A stretch of 62,882 nucleotides of DNA, filler included, from Lenisia limosa (Eukaryota > Protista > Breviatea): the NCBI GenBank assembly GCA_001655205.1. It is 15 parts of 15 records of this genome, joined end to end, with 100 filler letters (N's around TTAATTAATTAA, not from the genome) between each part and the next. Parts side by side here need not be neighbours in the genome. Positions count along the whole stretch, not along the records: positions 47,880 to 53,387 come from LPNZ01003365.1; positions 53,488 to 58,244 come from LPNZ01005619.1; positions 58,345 to 62,882 come from LPNZ01011508.1; 12 more parts are not named here. One strand, 5' to 3'. Positions within the stretch are counted from its first letter, which is position 1; each line of letters begins with the position of its first letter. The notes beneath the pieces are model-generated. The model ran no database searches. It saw only the letters and a list, made by a program, of their open reading frames with translations, and was not told the origin of the DNA. Below, in pieces: positions 49,476-61,400 of the stretch. A program made the position numbers and the translations under genes.

Positions 49476-50771
49476 ATGCGTTTCTCCCTCAGTTTCCTCC
49501 TACTTGTGTGCATGTTGGCATTTGCCCACAGTTTGACTTGGTCAGTTTGCGATACCGGTGCTGAGGTTGGTTCACTAATTTCCTGTTATTTCTTATCATC
49601 AGTACACTCTCCGAATCAACAAGGTTGATCTTAACCCTGGAGAACCCAAGCGCGGCCAAGACGTTTCAGTTGACGTCGAAGGATACCTCTGTGGGTCACC
49701 TCAAGCTCTTTCTTAGAGCTGCTAAGGGATAATCAGTGTTTTTAGAACTAATTACCGGAAGTATTAATGCATATCAGCCAAGAACGTCACCGGCGGGTCT
49801 CTCCACGCTGAAATCAAGGTCGATCATATCAAGGTTGCCAGCAAGACTGTCGACACTTGTGAAGCCAGTATGTTGGGAAACATAAGGGGTACCAGGCACA
49901 AGTGTTGTTGTTGGAGTTGATTCTTTACCTTTACAGCCAAAATGTGCCCCTTCGTTTCCGGACCTCTTGTGTTCAACGACATTGTCAACATCCCCCATGC
50001 TGCCCCCAAGGTCTGGGACTGAATTTTCGGGACTGCTTTGAATTTTTCTCTGAGAACTGTTGTGTTATTTTGAATATGGAGAATTGTCTGGTAGACTGCG
50101 AAAGATATTTATCATCGTCACTTTAATTGGTTTTGATGTTCCCCTGTTACCACCTCCACAAACTGCCCTTTACTCATGTGTTCTGAACATCACTGAGATC
50201 ACTGAGATCATAGAACTGGTTAAAGTTGCCAAGAAAGTTGATCATGGAATATGGGCGGGGGGGGGGTAGCTCCACCTTCCTTCTATTCTCATTGATTTTG
50301 GATCTTTTTTGTTTCATAAATTTTCCAATTTAACACAATTCCCTTGGTTTGGGTTTTTTTTTAATTTTCTACCAATTTTACTCCCCCGGGGGGCTTTATT
50401 AATTTCAATTATAATGAAAAGTAACTACGAGATATAGTAATGAAGAATAAAAAGCAAGGTTGTATTTGGCAGCCGTTCACACCATAACGCTTATAAGAGA
50501 GATTGAATTAGAGTATACTATTAATCATTTGCCTTGCAACTCTGCACAATGAGCTAATGCATGTCATATTAATACCCAGCACTAATATCATTTCTACTTT
50601 TACCGACGTCCATATGGGAACATTGGAGATCATATTTATCATTAATAAAAACACAAGATCATCATGTTTCAATGACTGATATTTCAGGGTCGCTATGACG
50701 CCAAGATCAACGTTGTCGACCAAGACGGCACTACTGTTATCTGTGTCAAGGCCTCTCTCAAGCTCCATTAG
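49476..50771 (+). CDS. Secreted ML-domain lipid-binding protein (NPC2 / PG-PI transfer protein-like), complete, 5 exons
   Basis: Signal peptide MRFSLSFLLLVCMLAFAHS, WSVCD, VDLNPGEPKRGQDVSV, DTCE, CPFVSG, IPHAAPKGRY, VICV; TAG at 50769-50771. Confidence 0.9.
50449..50555 (-). mobile_element. Family B copy, reverse orientation
   Basis: AAAAAGCAAGGTTGTATTTGGCAGCCGTTCACACCATAACGCTTATAAGAGA..AATCATTTGCCTTGCAACTCTGCAC. Confidence 0.75.
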
Positions 50772-51096
50772 ACTGCACATTGCTCGTGGTGGCATTAAGT
50801 TGCTGCTAGTTTGATATGATATAATATACTCATTCTGAAAACTCCAAACCTTTACATCTAATATGATTTCATAAATATAAACTTGAAGACTTTTCTATTT
50901 AGTATTAATGTACCATATCAAGTTCACGGGTTTCAGATACAACACCAGGTTTCGTAACTTTACAATGCTCATCTCCAATGGAAATGATGAATAGAAACGA
51001 AAGCACATGAAACAGGACCAAAAAAGAGGAAACATATCTTCATCTAACAAGATCATACATAAGCAGGGGAAACACAAACAAATACAAAAAAGAAAC

Positions 51097-53348
51097 TTAA
51101 TGAGCCAAATGGAGCTCATGAACAGGGTTGTTGACCAAGTCTTCGGTGCCGAAGTAGCGATGGAGAGCGGAAGTGACAACGTCATTCTCGAAGGAGTGGT
51201 GGACCTTGTTGGAGGCATCGGAGCGACGAAGAGGGTTGGCACGCTTGGTGTTGATGTTGTAGCGAGAAGACTGGAGACGAAGAGCCATTCCGCCGCCGCC
51301 GACACAGCCGTGGGGGCAGGCCATAGCTTCGATCGCGTCAATGTCGGTGATAGAGCCGTCAGTAATGCCGGCGTATAGGGTGGTAGCGTCACGGGCTCCG
51401 TGGACAACAGCAACACGGCAGGGGGTTTCGCGGCCTGGGGGGTCAGGTTTTGTTTGGTGTAGCAGTGAAATAAACGTTACGTAGAATCTATCACAAAGAT
51501 GTTAAAAACAATAAATAAAACCCACATACCTGGGGGGCCGATGAGGAAAGTAGCGCGCTTGATGGCAGTTGAGTGGCTGCGGATAATGTCGATAGCTTCG
51601 GCGTTGAGGTCCATGTTGAGGGTGCCACCGACGTGCTCCATGCCGGCGCGGGCGCAAAGAATGTAGTGGGCACCACGAAGAGCGGCTTCCATTACGCCAC
51701 CGGTGGTACCGAAAATGGTGGAGGAACCGGAAGATTCGCCGAGGTAAGCGTCGAACTTGTTGAGACCCTTAGCGACATCATCTTCAGTGACGGGATGGGT
51801 GTACTTAAAGTCCTCAGCGCGACGGATCATGTAAGCAAGCTCTCGGACGGTGATGGAGGCTTCCATGTCAACACCAGCCTTGACGACGTTATCGCGCTCA
51901 ATCTCGGCCTTCTTAGCGGTACAGGGCATGCAGCCGAAAATGGCGTAGTCTTCGGGCTTGTAGCCTTGGGCCTTCATGTACTTGTGGACCATGGTGGCGG
52001 CCATGGCAAGAGGGGATTGGCAGGTGGAAAGATTCTTCTCGAGAGTGGGGAACTTCTTCTGGATGAGCGAGTAGTTGCCGGGGCAGCAGGAGGTAACGAG
52101 GGGAAGCTTGAGCTCTTCTTCGGGGTCGGTCATACGAGCAAGAAGCTCCTTGGACTCCTCAATGATGGTGGCATCAGCGCCAGCTTGCACGTCAAAGACC
52201 TTGTCAAAGCCGAGGCGGCGGACACCACGGACCATAAGCTCGGTAAGCTCGTTGGGGTCGGCACGGGAAAGAGAAGCTCCGAAGGCCTCAGCAAGACCGA
52301 CGCGGGTAGCGGGGGCAGTGAGAGCAATGCAGATCTTGCCAGCGTCCTTGGCGGCTTGGAATTTGGAGCGGTCCTCGCGAGGGTGGATAGCACGGACTGG
52401 GCAGCTGAAGGGTCAAGAAAATGGAAATATGGACAAAAAAAAACAATATGAAACAGAAACAAAGATTTGAGAGAGAAAGTCTCATCCCCATACCTGACAG
52501 CACACTGGCCGCAAGAGATGCAGTTGGTGTCCTTGAGGAACATAGCGCCATTGGTGAGGGTGGGATGGTCACCAGGGTATTCCTGGGCAAGGATGTCGCA
52601 GGGGCAGGCTTCTGGAGGGGTCAAGATGATGTCAATAACACAAATTCATGAATGATCTTGCTCCAAATAATAGGAATTCAGCAGCCCCACAAACCGACGC
52701 AAGAACCGCATCCCATGCAGGAATCGAGGTTGATACGGAGGGGGCCAGTGGACTCGAAACGGCGGGAGCGGAACTCCTATGAGGGTAAGAGAAAAAAAAA
52801 TCAATATGGGGTACAAAGCGGGTGATTGAAATATTCGTGAGCGATATGACAAGAAAAGCCCCTCATACGGTACGGGCTTCAGGGTTGTCATCGGAGGTAA
52901 TGGTTTCAGACTCAGCGATCTCGTGCTCCTTTCCAGCGTTGGCAATCTCCTTGTTGTAGTCGGTGAGAAGCTGGCGGTAGTGGGGGCTGTTGATGCCCTT
53001 GAACTTGTCCTTAAGGTACTTGTTGATGTTGATACCGGCAACGCGTCCCGCGCCGCAGGCACGGATAACGGTGGCAGCACCGGTGGCAATATCTCCGCCG
53101 GCGTAGACGCCTTCAATGTTGGTTGCTTGACGATCGTCGACTTCGATAAGGCCGCGGTTGGTCTTGAGCTCAGGCCAGCGAGAAGTAAGGACAGGGTTGG
53201 GGCCTTGGCCGATAGCGATGATGAGAGTGTCGCACTTGATGAACTCGAAAGCGGGGGGCTCAATAGCGGTGATGTGTCCGGTGGCAGAGACTTGCATCTT
53301 CTGGACGCGGATACCCTTCATCTTGGTGCCGTCACAAGAAGCAACAAC
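51097..53348 (-). CDS. hydA: GltD/NfnB-like FAD/NAD(P)H oxidoreductase fused to 2x[4Fe-4S] and [FeFe]-hydrogenase H-cluster domains, 5' truncated
   Basis: In-phase exons: CDTLIIAIGQGPN..GVYAGGDIATGAATVIRACGAG; CMGCGSCVEACP; CISCGQCAVSCP; P1 TSCCPG; P2 MPCTAKKAE; P3 EAMACPHGCVGGGG; C-terminal SFEN..VHELHLAH-TAA. Confidence 0.95.
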
Positions 53349-53601
53349 CTAGGGGGTAAAAATGGAAATATATATGGGGGGGGGGGGNNNNNNNNNNNNN
53401 NNNNNNNNNNNNNNNNNNNNNNNNNNNNNNNTTAATTAATTAANNNNNNNNNNNNNNNNNNNNNNNNNNNNNNNNNNNNNNNNNNNNCAATACAGCCCTT
53501 CAGCCACCCCTCTTCTCCTTAATACCCCCATGATGACCACTAAGTCGTCCATTCCTCCGTTCAAGTATGTTTTTAAGCCAGGAAAGAATATGCTTATCAG
53601 A

Positions 53602-53649
53602 TTACAAGCGTGAAGGTGTGGACGGCTTCGGCAAGATACAACCTTTTTT
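53602..53649 (+). mobile_element. Family B 3' hairpin end; other partials at 18748-18794(-), 34208-34243(-), 47910-47975, 54484-54550
   Basis: TACAAGCGTGAAGGTGTGGACGGCTTCGGCAAGATACAACCTTTTTT. Confidence 0.7.
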
Positions 53650-54038
53650 ATCTCTCATTGCTATAGCATTACATTATACTCATTACAAATCTAGGGAAAC
53701 AAACAAATACATAGGGATACCAACAAAACAAATGAGAAAGAAATAATCTACATTACTACAATACTTCTGAGCTGTCAACTGTCTTTTTTTGAAAAAAAGA
53801 ATAATGAATCATGACAACATAAAGATACAACATATATCTGGAGGGGGAGGGGCATTGTAACGTGGTCAGGGCCCTCTAAAAGGAAAGACAAATACAAACA
53901 TATTACATATTACATATTATTAGAAGTAAATCTTCCCTACAATCACAAAACAATTCTCAATAAAGCATCGTAAATCACATTTAAACGACCTTTTTCGCAA
54001 ATTAGGTAAGCCCATTTGATTGTTAACTTACTTTGCAG

Positions 54039-57000
54039 CAAGAACAACAGCATCTTTAGCCCCGCTGTTCTGGCTCGGAGTGACACGTGGGCGGGTTTGC
54101 TAATAGTTATGGGATGCGGTGCTGCGACTAGCCTGGGCTTTGTTTGTTTGACGTTTGTTGCTCGTGTTTGTTATTATAAAATAAGAGCAGCAAGAGCCCC
54201 CTCCCTTTTTTTATTTTTGTTTCATTGCTTCTTAAAGTTTCATTTTTAATCCCCCCCCCCCCANNNNNNNNNNNNNNNNNNNNNNNNNNNNNNNNNNNNN
54301 NNNNNNNNNNNNNNNNNNNNNNNNNNNNNNNNNNNNNNNNNNNNNNNNNNNNNNNNNNNNNNNNNNNNNNNNNNNNNGGTGGATTATAATATATGGGAGG
54401 AAATTTTTATTATAATACTTGTAAGGGAGAAGGAGGAAGCTGTGTGTACCTAGTTGTTTCGGCAATGATTATTATTGTTTCTACCAATATCTCCTATAAT
54501 CCAAAATCACGAATAAACGTGATGGTGTGGAAGGCTTCGGTCGGATACTATTTACAATAATTGTGATACTGTTGACGGTTTTAGATATTGTTAGATTTCC
54601 GCTTTTACTTCTTAGTTTATGGCCAAGTTGTTTTTATTCTTATTTGTTTTCCCTTCCTATTCTTGTTGTTTTCATTTCAACTCAGACTTGACTTCGGTTG
54701 GAAAGACTGAATTTCTCAATACATCCTCGAAAACTATCGATAATTTACTGGTCTTTTTCGAACCGAAGTGAAGCGCTATTTTCAACCCTTCGAGAATGTA
54801 CAATATTTAGCCATAAGAGTTGATTTTGGTGTTTGTTTTTTTTTTTTGGTTCANNNNNNNNNNNNNNNNNNNNNNNNNNNNNNNNNNNNNNNNNNNNNNN
54901 NNNNNNNNNNNNNNNNNNNNNNNNNNNNNNNNNNNNNNNNNNNNNNNNNNNNNNNNNNNNNNNNNNNNACTGGAGGGGGCTCCAAGTCACTGGTCCTGAA
55001 GCCTGAATATGAAGTGAGGAGGGGGTGCTACCTTTTACTATACCCCCGAGTGATGGGATGCGGTGCAGAAGCGACTGGCTTGGGCTTTGTTTGTTTTGTT
55101 GTTCTCAATTCTCGTGTGTTTGTCCAAAACTTGTCAACTTGACCCTGAATTAATTTTATTTCATAACTTTTCCAATTCCCCCCATCACCACCCCCCAGGA
55201 ACAGTATACAAATGAGAAATCCTGGGCCCAAAGATCTAGTATCCATATTTCAAGTCTGATTTACATTGCTCTTGCTTTGGTAGGCGGGGGGGGGGGCTTC
55301 ATCTCTGACAAACGTTAAATACATTGTATCTGAAAGCTTCACTATCAGTTTCAAAAAATATGTAAAAGATCTATATTTGTCGAGGATTTATCGAGAATTA
55401 AGTTACAAAAAAGAAAATACTACTAATCAGGCCACCTCAACTAACATGGCCCAAACTATCCAAATTTGATGATTCAGGAATTCAGTCTTTTTTTTTGGAT
55501 CGTGGAAGGCCTTTGCCACCTGTGACCCCACAAATTTCACACAAAACAAGCCCACCTACCCTCCGCATCACTATTATATTATCACACCTCCAAGATGATC
55601 ATCACTCCTTCTAGAGTTGATTTTGGGCTTTTAATTATTTTATACATTTCCCAATATATCCCTCATAAATTTTCCGATTTCACTCCCTGCCCTTTAGCTG
55701 CACCTCCTGGTGACCTACATTGAAGACCATACCAGTCCTATCCCCGTTCTCTCCCGCTTTGCTATCCAGATTGTCACCATTCTATGGGCATGGATGACAA
55801 GGGAAATGGCCGAGTTTGGGGGGGTCTATTATCCTCNNNNNNNNNNNNNNNNNNNNNNNNNNNNNNNNNNNNNNNNNNNNNNNNNNNNNNNNNNNNNNNN
55901 NNNNNNNNNNNNNNNNNNNCGTTGACAAGTCTCTGCGAGAACCCTGTGCAATTCAAAAACAATTAAAATTTGTTTTAGTAGGAGCAGCATATCTATTCAA
56001 TAATTTTATTATTGCTTTGAACTGAAAAGGTCTAAGTTCATTTTAATACTTTCGAATTCAGAGTGTTATGTAAACAGAGCCTTGCCTGGGTCGTTGGCTG
56101 GACAGCAATCCAACCTTGGGAATAATGTTTCTCACCGATACGGGTCCGGTTTTTTGAGTGAATTAAGATAAGCATAAGTTATTTACCTCGAATTACATAA
56201 GTCATATGAAATAGAAGAACATTCACTTTTAGAATTTATAACAATTTTGAAATCTAGATCTAAAAAATGAATATACCAATCGCTAATACCTTTGGGTTTC
56301 AATCTTAAATTGGATGTGAGTAAGTCTCCAACACCCACGCAACACGACTGAGATTCGCATCCTTGCTGAACTAACAAAACATACCATTGTTCTCATTGAA
56401 TTGACTAAATCCAGTGACAGCAATTTTTTCCCTCGCTTCACCACAGGAGGAAGCTCATTCAGGTAAATTACTGTATTACAGTACAGTGATAGGTCTCTGT
56501 GGTTCTCCGATCATGGCAGACGGCCCCTCCACCTCCCAGTTGAAATACTTTTGGATGAGTGGGAGCAAGTCCAACCCCTGAGCCCTTAAAACATAAGGCT
56601 GACAGTGAAAACAAAAAGAAGGAGAAAAAAAATACCCGAAGTACGTGACCAAATAACATATGTGCGTCAAAAAAAAGTGGCCACATTTTTGGTGTTTTCC
56701 ACATCGATTCAACAATTACTCTTGGATTTTATTAATCATCATAAACAGAATATGAGCTGCTTGTTGCCCCTTTACACCGAAATCATCTCTGGATAAGTTA
56801 GTAACTGGACGATCATATATTACACAATTTGTAATTTTAGAAAAAGAAATATGTTCATCATATTTTAATAAAAAAATAAGGGAGCAGTAAATAATTATAC
56901 TCCAATTACCTCGTAAATGTCTGTGTCTTGAGAAGGGGGGAAGAGGGCTGAATCTAAAAAGTAAACCCAAGCTGTGTTAAAAGATCTTAATCAAAAAAGT

Positions 57001-58069
57001 TACCAGCATTGCAAATGATTGGGAAACAACCAGCTTATACAAGTTTCACTCGTTTTCCAGTCGATGAAGAATAAGCCAGCAACGGTATACGGACCAAGGT
57101 TTTGGATAGTTCTGGAGTACGCCGTGCAACCACGATCTGCCAGAGCAATTGAAGGACATAGGTATTATTTGGAGTAGGTGATAGCTTCCTCAGAGGTGGG
57201 CACTTTGCTTCAACAATCCACAGTCGCTCATTTTCCGGCGACATTCCCATAAACTGTTGGTGGTCCCAGGACGCTACTGGTGCTGTCACAAGCCCANNNN
57301 NNNNNNTAGTCCATCTGGTGACATTCCCATAAACTGCTGGTGGTCCCAGGACGCTACTGGTGCTGTCATAAGCCCACATCGGATGAACTAGGCCAATTAA
57401 AGCTGTCCCAAAAAAAAAATTATGATATATGTTCCAAAAATGATCAAAACAGATGACACAGAACAAATTATCACAACGTAAATACTGTAATCTAATATCT
57501 ATTCTATGCGTGATGGTGTCAAGAACCTCCATTTACTCATTTTAACATCAAAGATTATATTCTATCTACACCCCCACACAAACTTCTTTTTCAACATTTT
57601 CAGAAGTCTACTTTCACGCTACTATTTTTCCAAGTTGAATTATGATAAATATTTTTGCATTATGCATTCTTCTCTTATTCGAATTAATATTCAAGTATTA
57701 TTAATCAAGATATTTTTCCCTGTAGTTATTTTAAAAATGGAGGCCTCCCTTTGACCAGTTTCAGGCCACGGGCGTCGCACGAAATTGCGGGCTATATGCT
57801 CTTGATAATTGCTGTCCTTGACAAGGTCTACCTCTATATGGTNNNNNNNNNNNNNNNNNNNNNNNNNNNNNNNNNNNNNNNNNNNNNNNNNNNNNNNNNN
57901 NNNNNNNNNNNNNNNNNNNNGAATAATTATCCTTTTTTTTTTTAATCCGATACCACGAAATATTTTAACACGATAACTTTTTTAAACTCTGTTAACCCCT
58001 ATGAAGGAAACACAATACCCAGACTTCATACCCCAAGTCAAGCTCAAGGACAGGAGCCCAGTTTTTGAT
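54039..58069 (+). CDS. Hypothetical multi-exon protein
   Basis: AG/GT-flanked open segments (KNNSIFSPAVLARSDT; LHLLVTYIEDHTSPIPVLSRFAIQIVTILWAWMTREMAEFGG; FRPRASHEIAGYMLLIIAVLDK); family not recognised, chain unresolved. Confidence 0.3.
54682..54778. mobile_element. hAT MITE A, opposite internal orientation
   Basis: TSD ATTTCAAC / TTTTCAAC (7 of 8); right TIR TTCGAACCGAAGTGAAGCGCTA. Confidence 0.85.
55050..55198 (-). repeat. Family C, long copy, ending at a candidate acceptor
   Basis: GTGATGGGATGCGGTGCAGAAGCGACTGGCTTGGGCTTTGTTTG..TTCCAATTCCCCCC..CCCCCCAG; related 3' modules at 15628-15695 and 54100-54170. Confidence 0.75.
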
Positions 58070-58344
58070 GTGGGCGAGGGGGGGGGCAATTATACAGTGA
58101 ACGGGATTAGTCGTGACCAATTTGTTTTATGATTTCCTGAGGTTTAAGATTTAATGTATATAGGAGAATATGGGAATGGATGGCGAGGGGGTTAATAGGA
58201 GGAAGTGATAAGGGGGAAGGAATAACGGCCCCCCAGGGGGGGGGNNNNNNNNNNNNNNNNNNNNNNNNNNNNNNNNNNNNNNNNNNNNTTAATTAATTAA
58301 NNNNNNNNNNNNNNNNNNNNNNNNNNNNNNNNNNNNNNNNNNNN

Positions 58345-58448
58345 GCCTGGGCTTTATTTTGTTGTTATCAACCCTCGTGTGCTGTCAGCCAACAGAGTTA
58401 ATTTTGGGCTTTTTTTGTTTCATAAATTTTCCAATGTTACACCCTCAG
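58345..58448 (-). repeat. Family C ending at a Popeye-gene acceptor
   Basis: GCCTGGGCTTTATTTTG..TTGGGCTTTTTTGTTTCATAAATTTTCCAATGTTACACCCTCAG. Confidence 0.85.
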
Positions 58449-61400
58449 ACTAGCTTTCAAGTCTCTCATTGAAGGGGCCAACTCTCGCCTCCACCATCTT
58501 GATACTGGGTCCCGATACGCTCTTGAGGGTTGGAGTGGGTTTTTTTGGGTTTTTTAGAAAAAGATATTTTTTTTTGTTGGGTGAAAGATCGCTGGGATGC
58601 CCTATTATCGTTCCTGGAGTATCAGATTACACCAATATTCTTCATTGAAATATCCTTCTTTTTACCCCCGCCCCCCAGGCGACCAGGCATCTTCTCTCAG
58701 CATCCTACTGGAAGGCGAGATGCTGGTATCCAAGCGTAACGAAACAGGCCAATCCTTCCCGCTTCACACCATATCGCAGTATGAGTTTCTGGACTCTCCT
58801 GAGTGGCTTGCTGACACCATGCAAGAGGTGGGAGAGTTGTAATATTATATCATATACAGTGACCGGGATAAGTCTTGCCCGATTTGCTATATGATTTCCC
58901 CATTGAAAATCGGTCAAGACTTGTCCTCGTTACTGTATTGATAGTATGTAGTGTATCATATGTAAATGTATGCAGAAAGCTGTGTGCACAGAGTTGTAAG
59001 GCAATTGATTGGGTGAATTAATATTTTACTATAATTCAATATCTCTTATAGGCGTGATGGTGTGGACAACTTCGGCCAGATACAACCTTTTACAAGGTAG
59101 AAATGCAGCGACCCGGTGGAGTTTAAGATTTCGATTCGGACCACTCGCCCCTCCTCCATACTCACATGGCAAAAATGCGACTTAAAACGTGGGTGTTTGG
59201 GGGATTGTTTTTTTTTTGTTTTTGTTTTTTTCTTTCTTTTTTTCTTTCTTTTTTTCTTACTTTTTTTGGAGGGGGGGTATAGCAAACAAAAGATAATCAT
59301 ATTTTGAATGGGGCTTTTTGTTTCATAAATTTTCCAAATATTTACTCCCTCCCCTCATTATTTTAACCCTTCCAGCGTTCCTTCACGACCACCCTGACAT
59401 TACCCTGTCCTTGAACACGGTTGGGGGTAGTGCTTCACTTCAGTTCGAAAAATTCCTGGGAAATATCGATAATTTCGAGGATTTATCATGAAATTCAGTC
59501 TTTTTGCGAACCGACCCTAATTGGAATGGATTTGGGTAACTACACATCGATAGGATATATATATGTGATATGATATACACTGTTCATATTTTGACAGAGT
59601 TGATATTTGGGTGTTCTGTTTCATAGTATGTAATTTTTAAGCTTGTCACCCCCCAGATATATAAACTGTTCACTATCGCTTTGTTGTTTTGTGTGTTTTC
59701 AGCCAAATGAGTTGATTTGGGCTTTTTTTGTTTCAAATTTTTCCAATTTTACTCCCCCCCCCCTCAGCTTGTCGGGGCGGATTTGTCCCGGAAACTCATG
59801 CTCTTCAATGACGTATACGTCTACAAGGCAAATGAGGCTGCTAATAAGGTGGGGGGGGGGGTTCAATATTCTGTACGTACTAATATATATGATATAGCTA
59901 TACAGTGACCGGGATAAGTCTTGACCTATCTGATTTCCTCATGGAAAATCGGCCAAGAGTTATCCAGGTCACTGACACAACGTTTTATTTTTTCATTTCG
60001 AGATTATATAATATGTAGTATTATACATTATATAAATGTGTCAAATAATTACATAGAGCTATGTGATATATCTAAAGCTATATTGTAATACTATATATTA
60101 TAATATACTAGATACTATATATATGTATGTCGATATACATATATAGTGTATATATGATATCTAGTATATGATATCATATGGTATAAATGTAATAATACAT
60201 AAATGATTCTCATTTCCCCTCAGACAGCCTACCCGGCTCTATACTGCAAACCTCCGCTGACACCACCCCTCGGAAGAAAAGACGATAATGCAACTAGTGT
60301 AGCTCATGCAGTTGCAGCCTCACCCGAAGGCATTGTCACCCCCCCTCGTCAGTCTAATAAACCGAAAGATNNNNNNNNNNNNNNNNNNNNNNNNNNNNNN
60401 NNNNNNNNNNNNNNNNNNNNNNNNNNNNNNNNNNNNNNNNNNNNNNNNNNNNNNNNNNNNNNNNNNNNNNNNNNNNNNNNNNNNNNNNNNNNNNNNNNNN
60501 NNNNNNNNNNNNNCTATATGCATATACATTGTGAGGTGACCTCCGTGCAATAAGTTGAAACACAGAATTTGAAGTGAGACTTATTGTCATGGAGACGCCA
60601 TTTCAGACACTTCAATTTCAAATTTTGTTATTAATGTCTTCAAAAAATCAATTGCACGGTGTATTAAATAGATTGTCTAGTTTTACNNNNNNNNNNNNNN
60701 NNNNNNNNNNNNNNNNNNNNNNNNNNNNNNNNNNNNNNNNNNNNNNNNNNNNNNNNNNNNNNNNNNNNNNNNNNNNNNNNNNNNNNNNNNNNNNNNNNNN
60801 NNNNNNNNNNNNNNNNNNNNNNNNNNNNNNNNNNNNNNNNNNNNNNNNNNNNNNNNNNNNNNNNNNNNNNNNNNNNNNNNCCGAGAATCTTCATAAATAT
60901 TTCCTTCATTATGCTCTCGGCTTCACTTCGGTTCGAAAAAATACTGAATTTCTCGATAAAGGAATGGTTAATTTTCCATTTTCTCGAAGCGACTGGCCTG
61001 GGCTTTTGTTGTTCTCAAACCTCGTGTGTTTTTAGCCACGAGAGTTGATTTTGGGTACTTTTGTTTCATAAATTTTCCATTTTCACTCGATATTTCCTTC
61101 ATTTCACGCCCCCAATAGGGATGGTAGCAGTTGACCAGAACCTGCTCACGCTCCTGCTGCATGAACAAGCCATGTTAAGAGCAACGCCCTCCACATCGCA
61201 GATTCCGGCACCTTCGTGAGAAGGGGGAGTTGGTGAATTAAATGGTTGTTAACTTTCAAATGGTTTTTAACTTTCATATGGTTGTTAACTTTCAAATGGT
61301 TGTTAACTTTCAAATGGTTGTTAACTTTCATATGGTTGTTAACTTTTGTTTAGGATGGTTGTTAACAATTTTTTGTCTCATTTTCTCATGTGTGAAATAT

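Noticed and set aside
9738-51099. Non-standard genetic code
   Set aside because: TAA, TAG and TGA each terminate well-supported genes, and apparent internal stops are removed by canonical splicing.
51573-52451. 292-aa plus-strand ORF
   Set aside because: Antisense shadow of the codon-biased hydrogenase exon.
22285-53348. Bacterial contamination for ACS and hydrogenase
   Set aside because: Both have multiple in-phase GT-AG introns; ACS introns carry host repeat families and both contigs hold eukaryote-specific genes.
12409-53407. Metabolic cluster (ACS plus hydrogenase) or defence island around viperin
   Set aside because: These genes are on different concatenated contigs, so proximity is artificial.
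57241-57376. ~56-bp direct duplication as an internal protein repeat
   Set aside because: It straddles a short N gap and may be an unmerged contig overlap; cannot be judged without reads.
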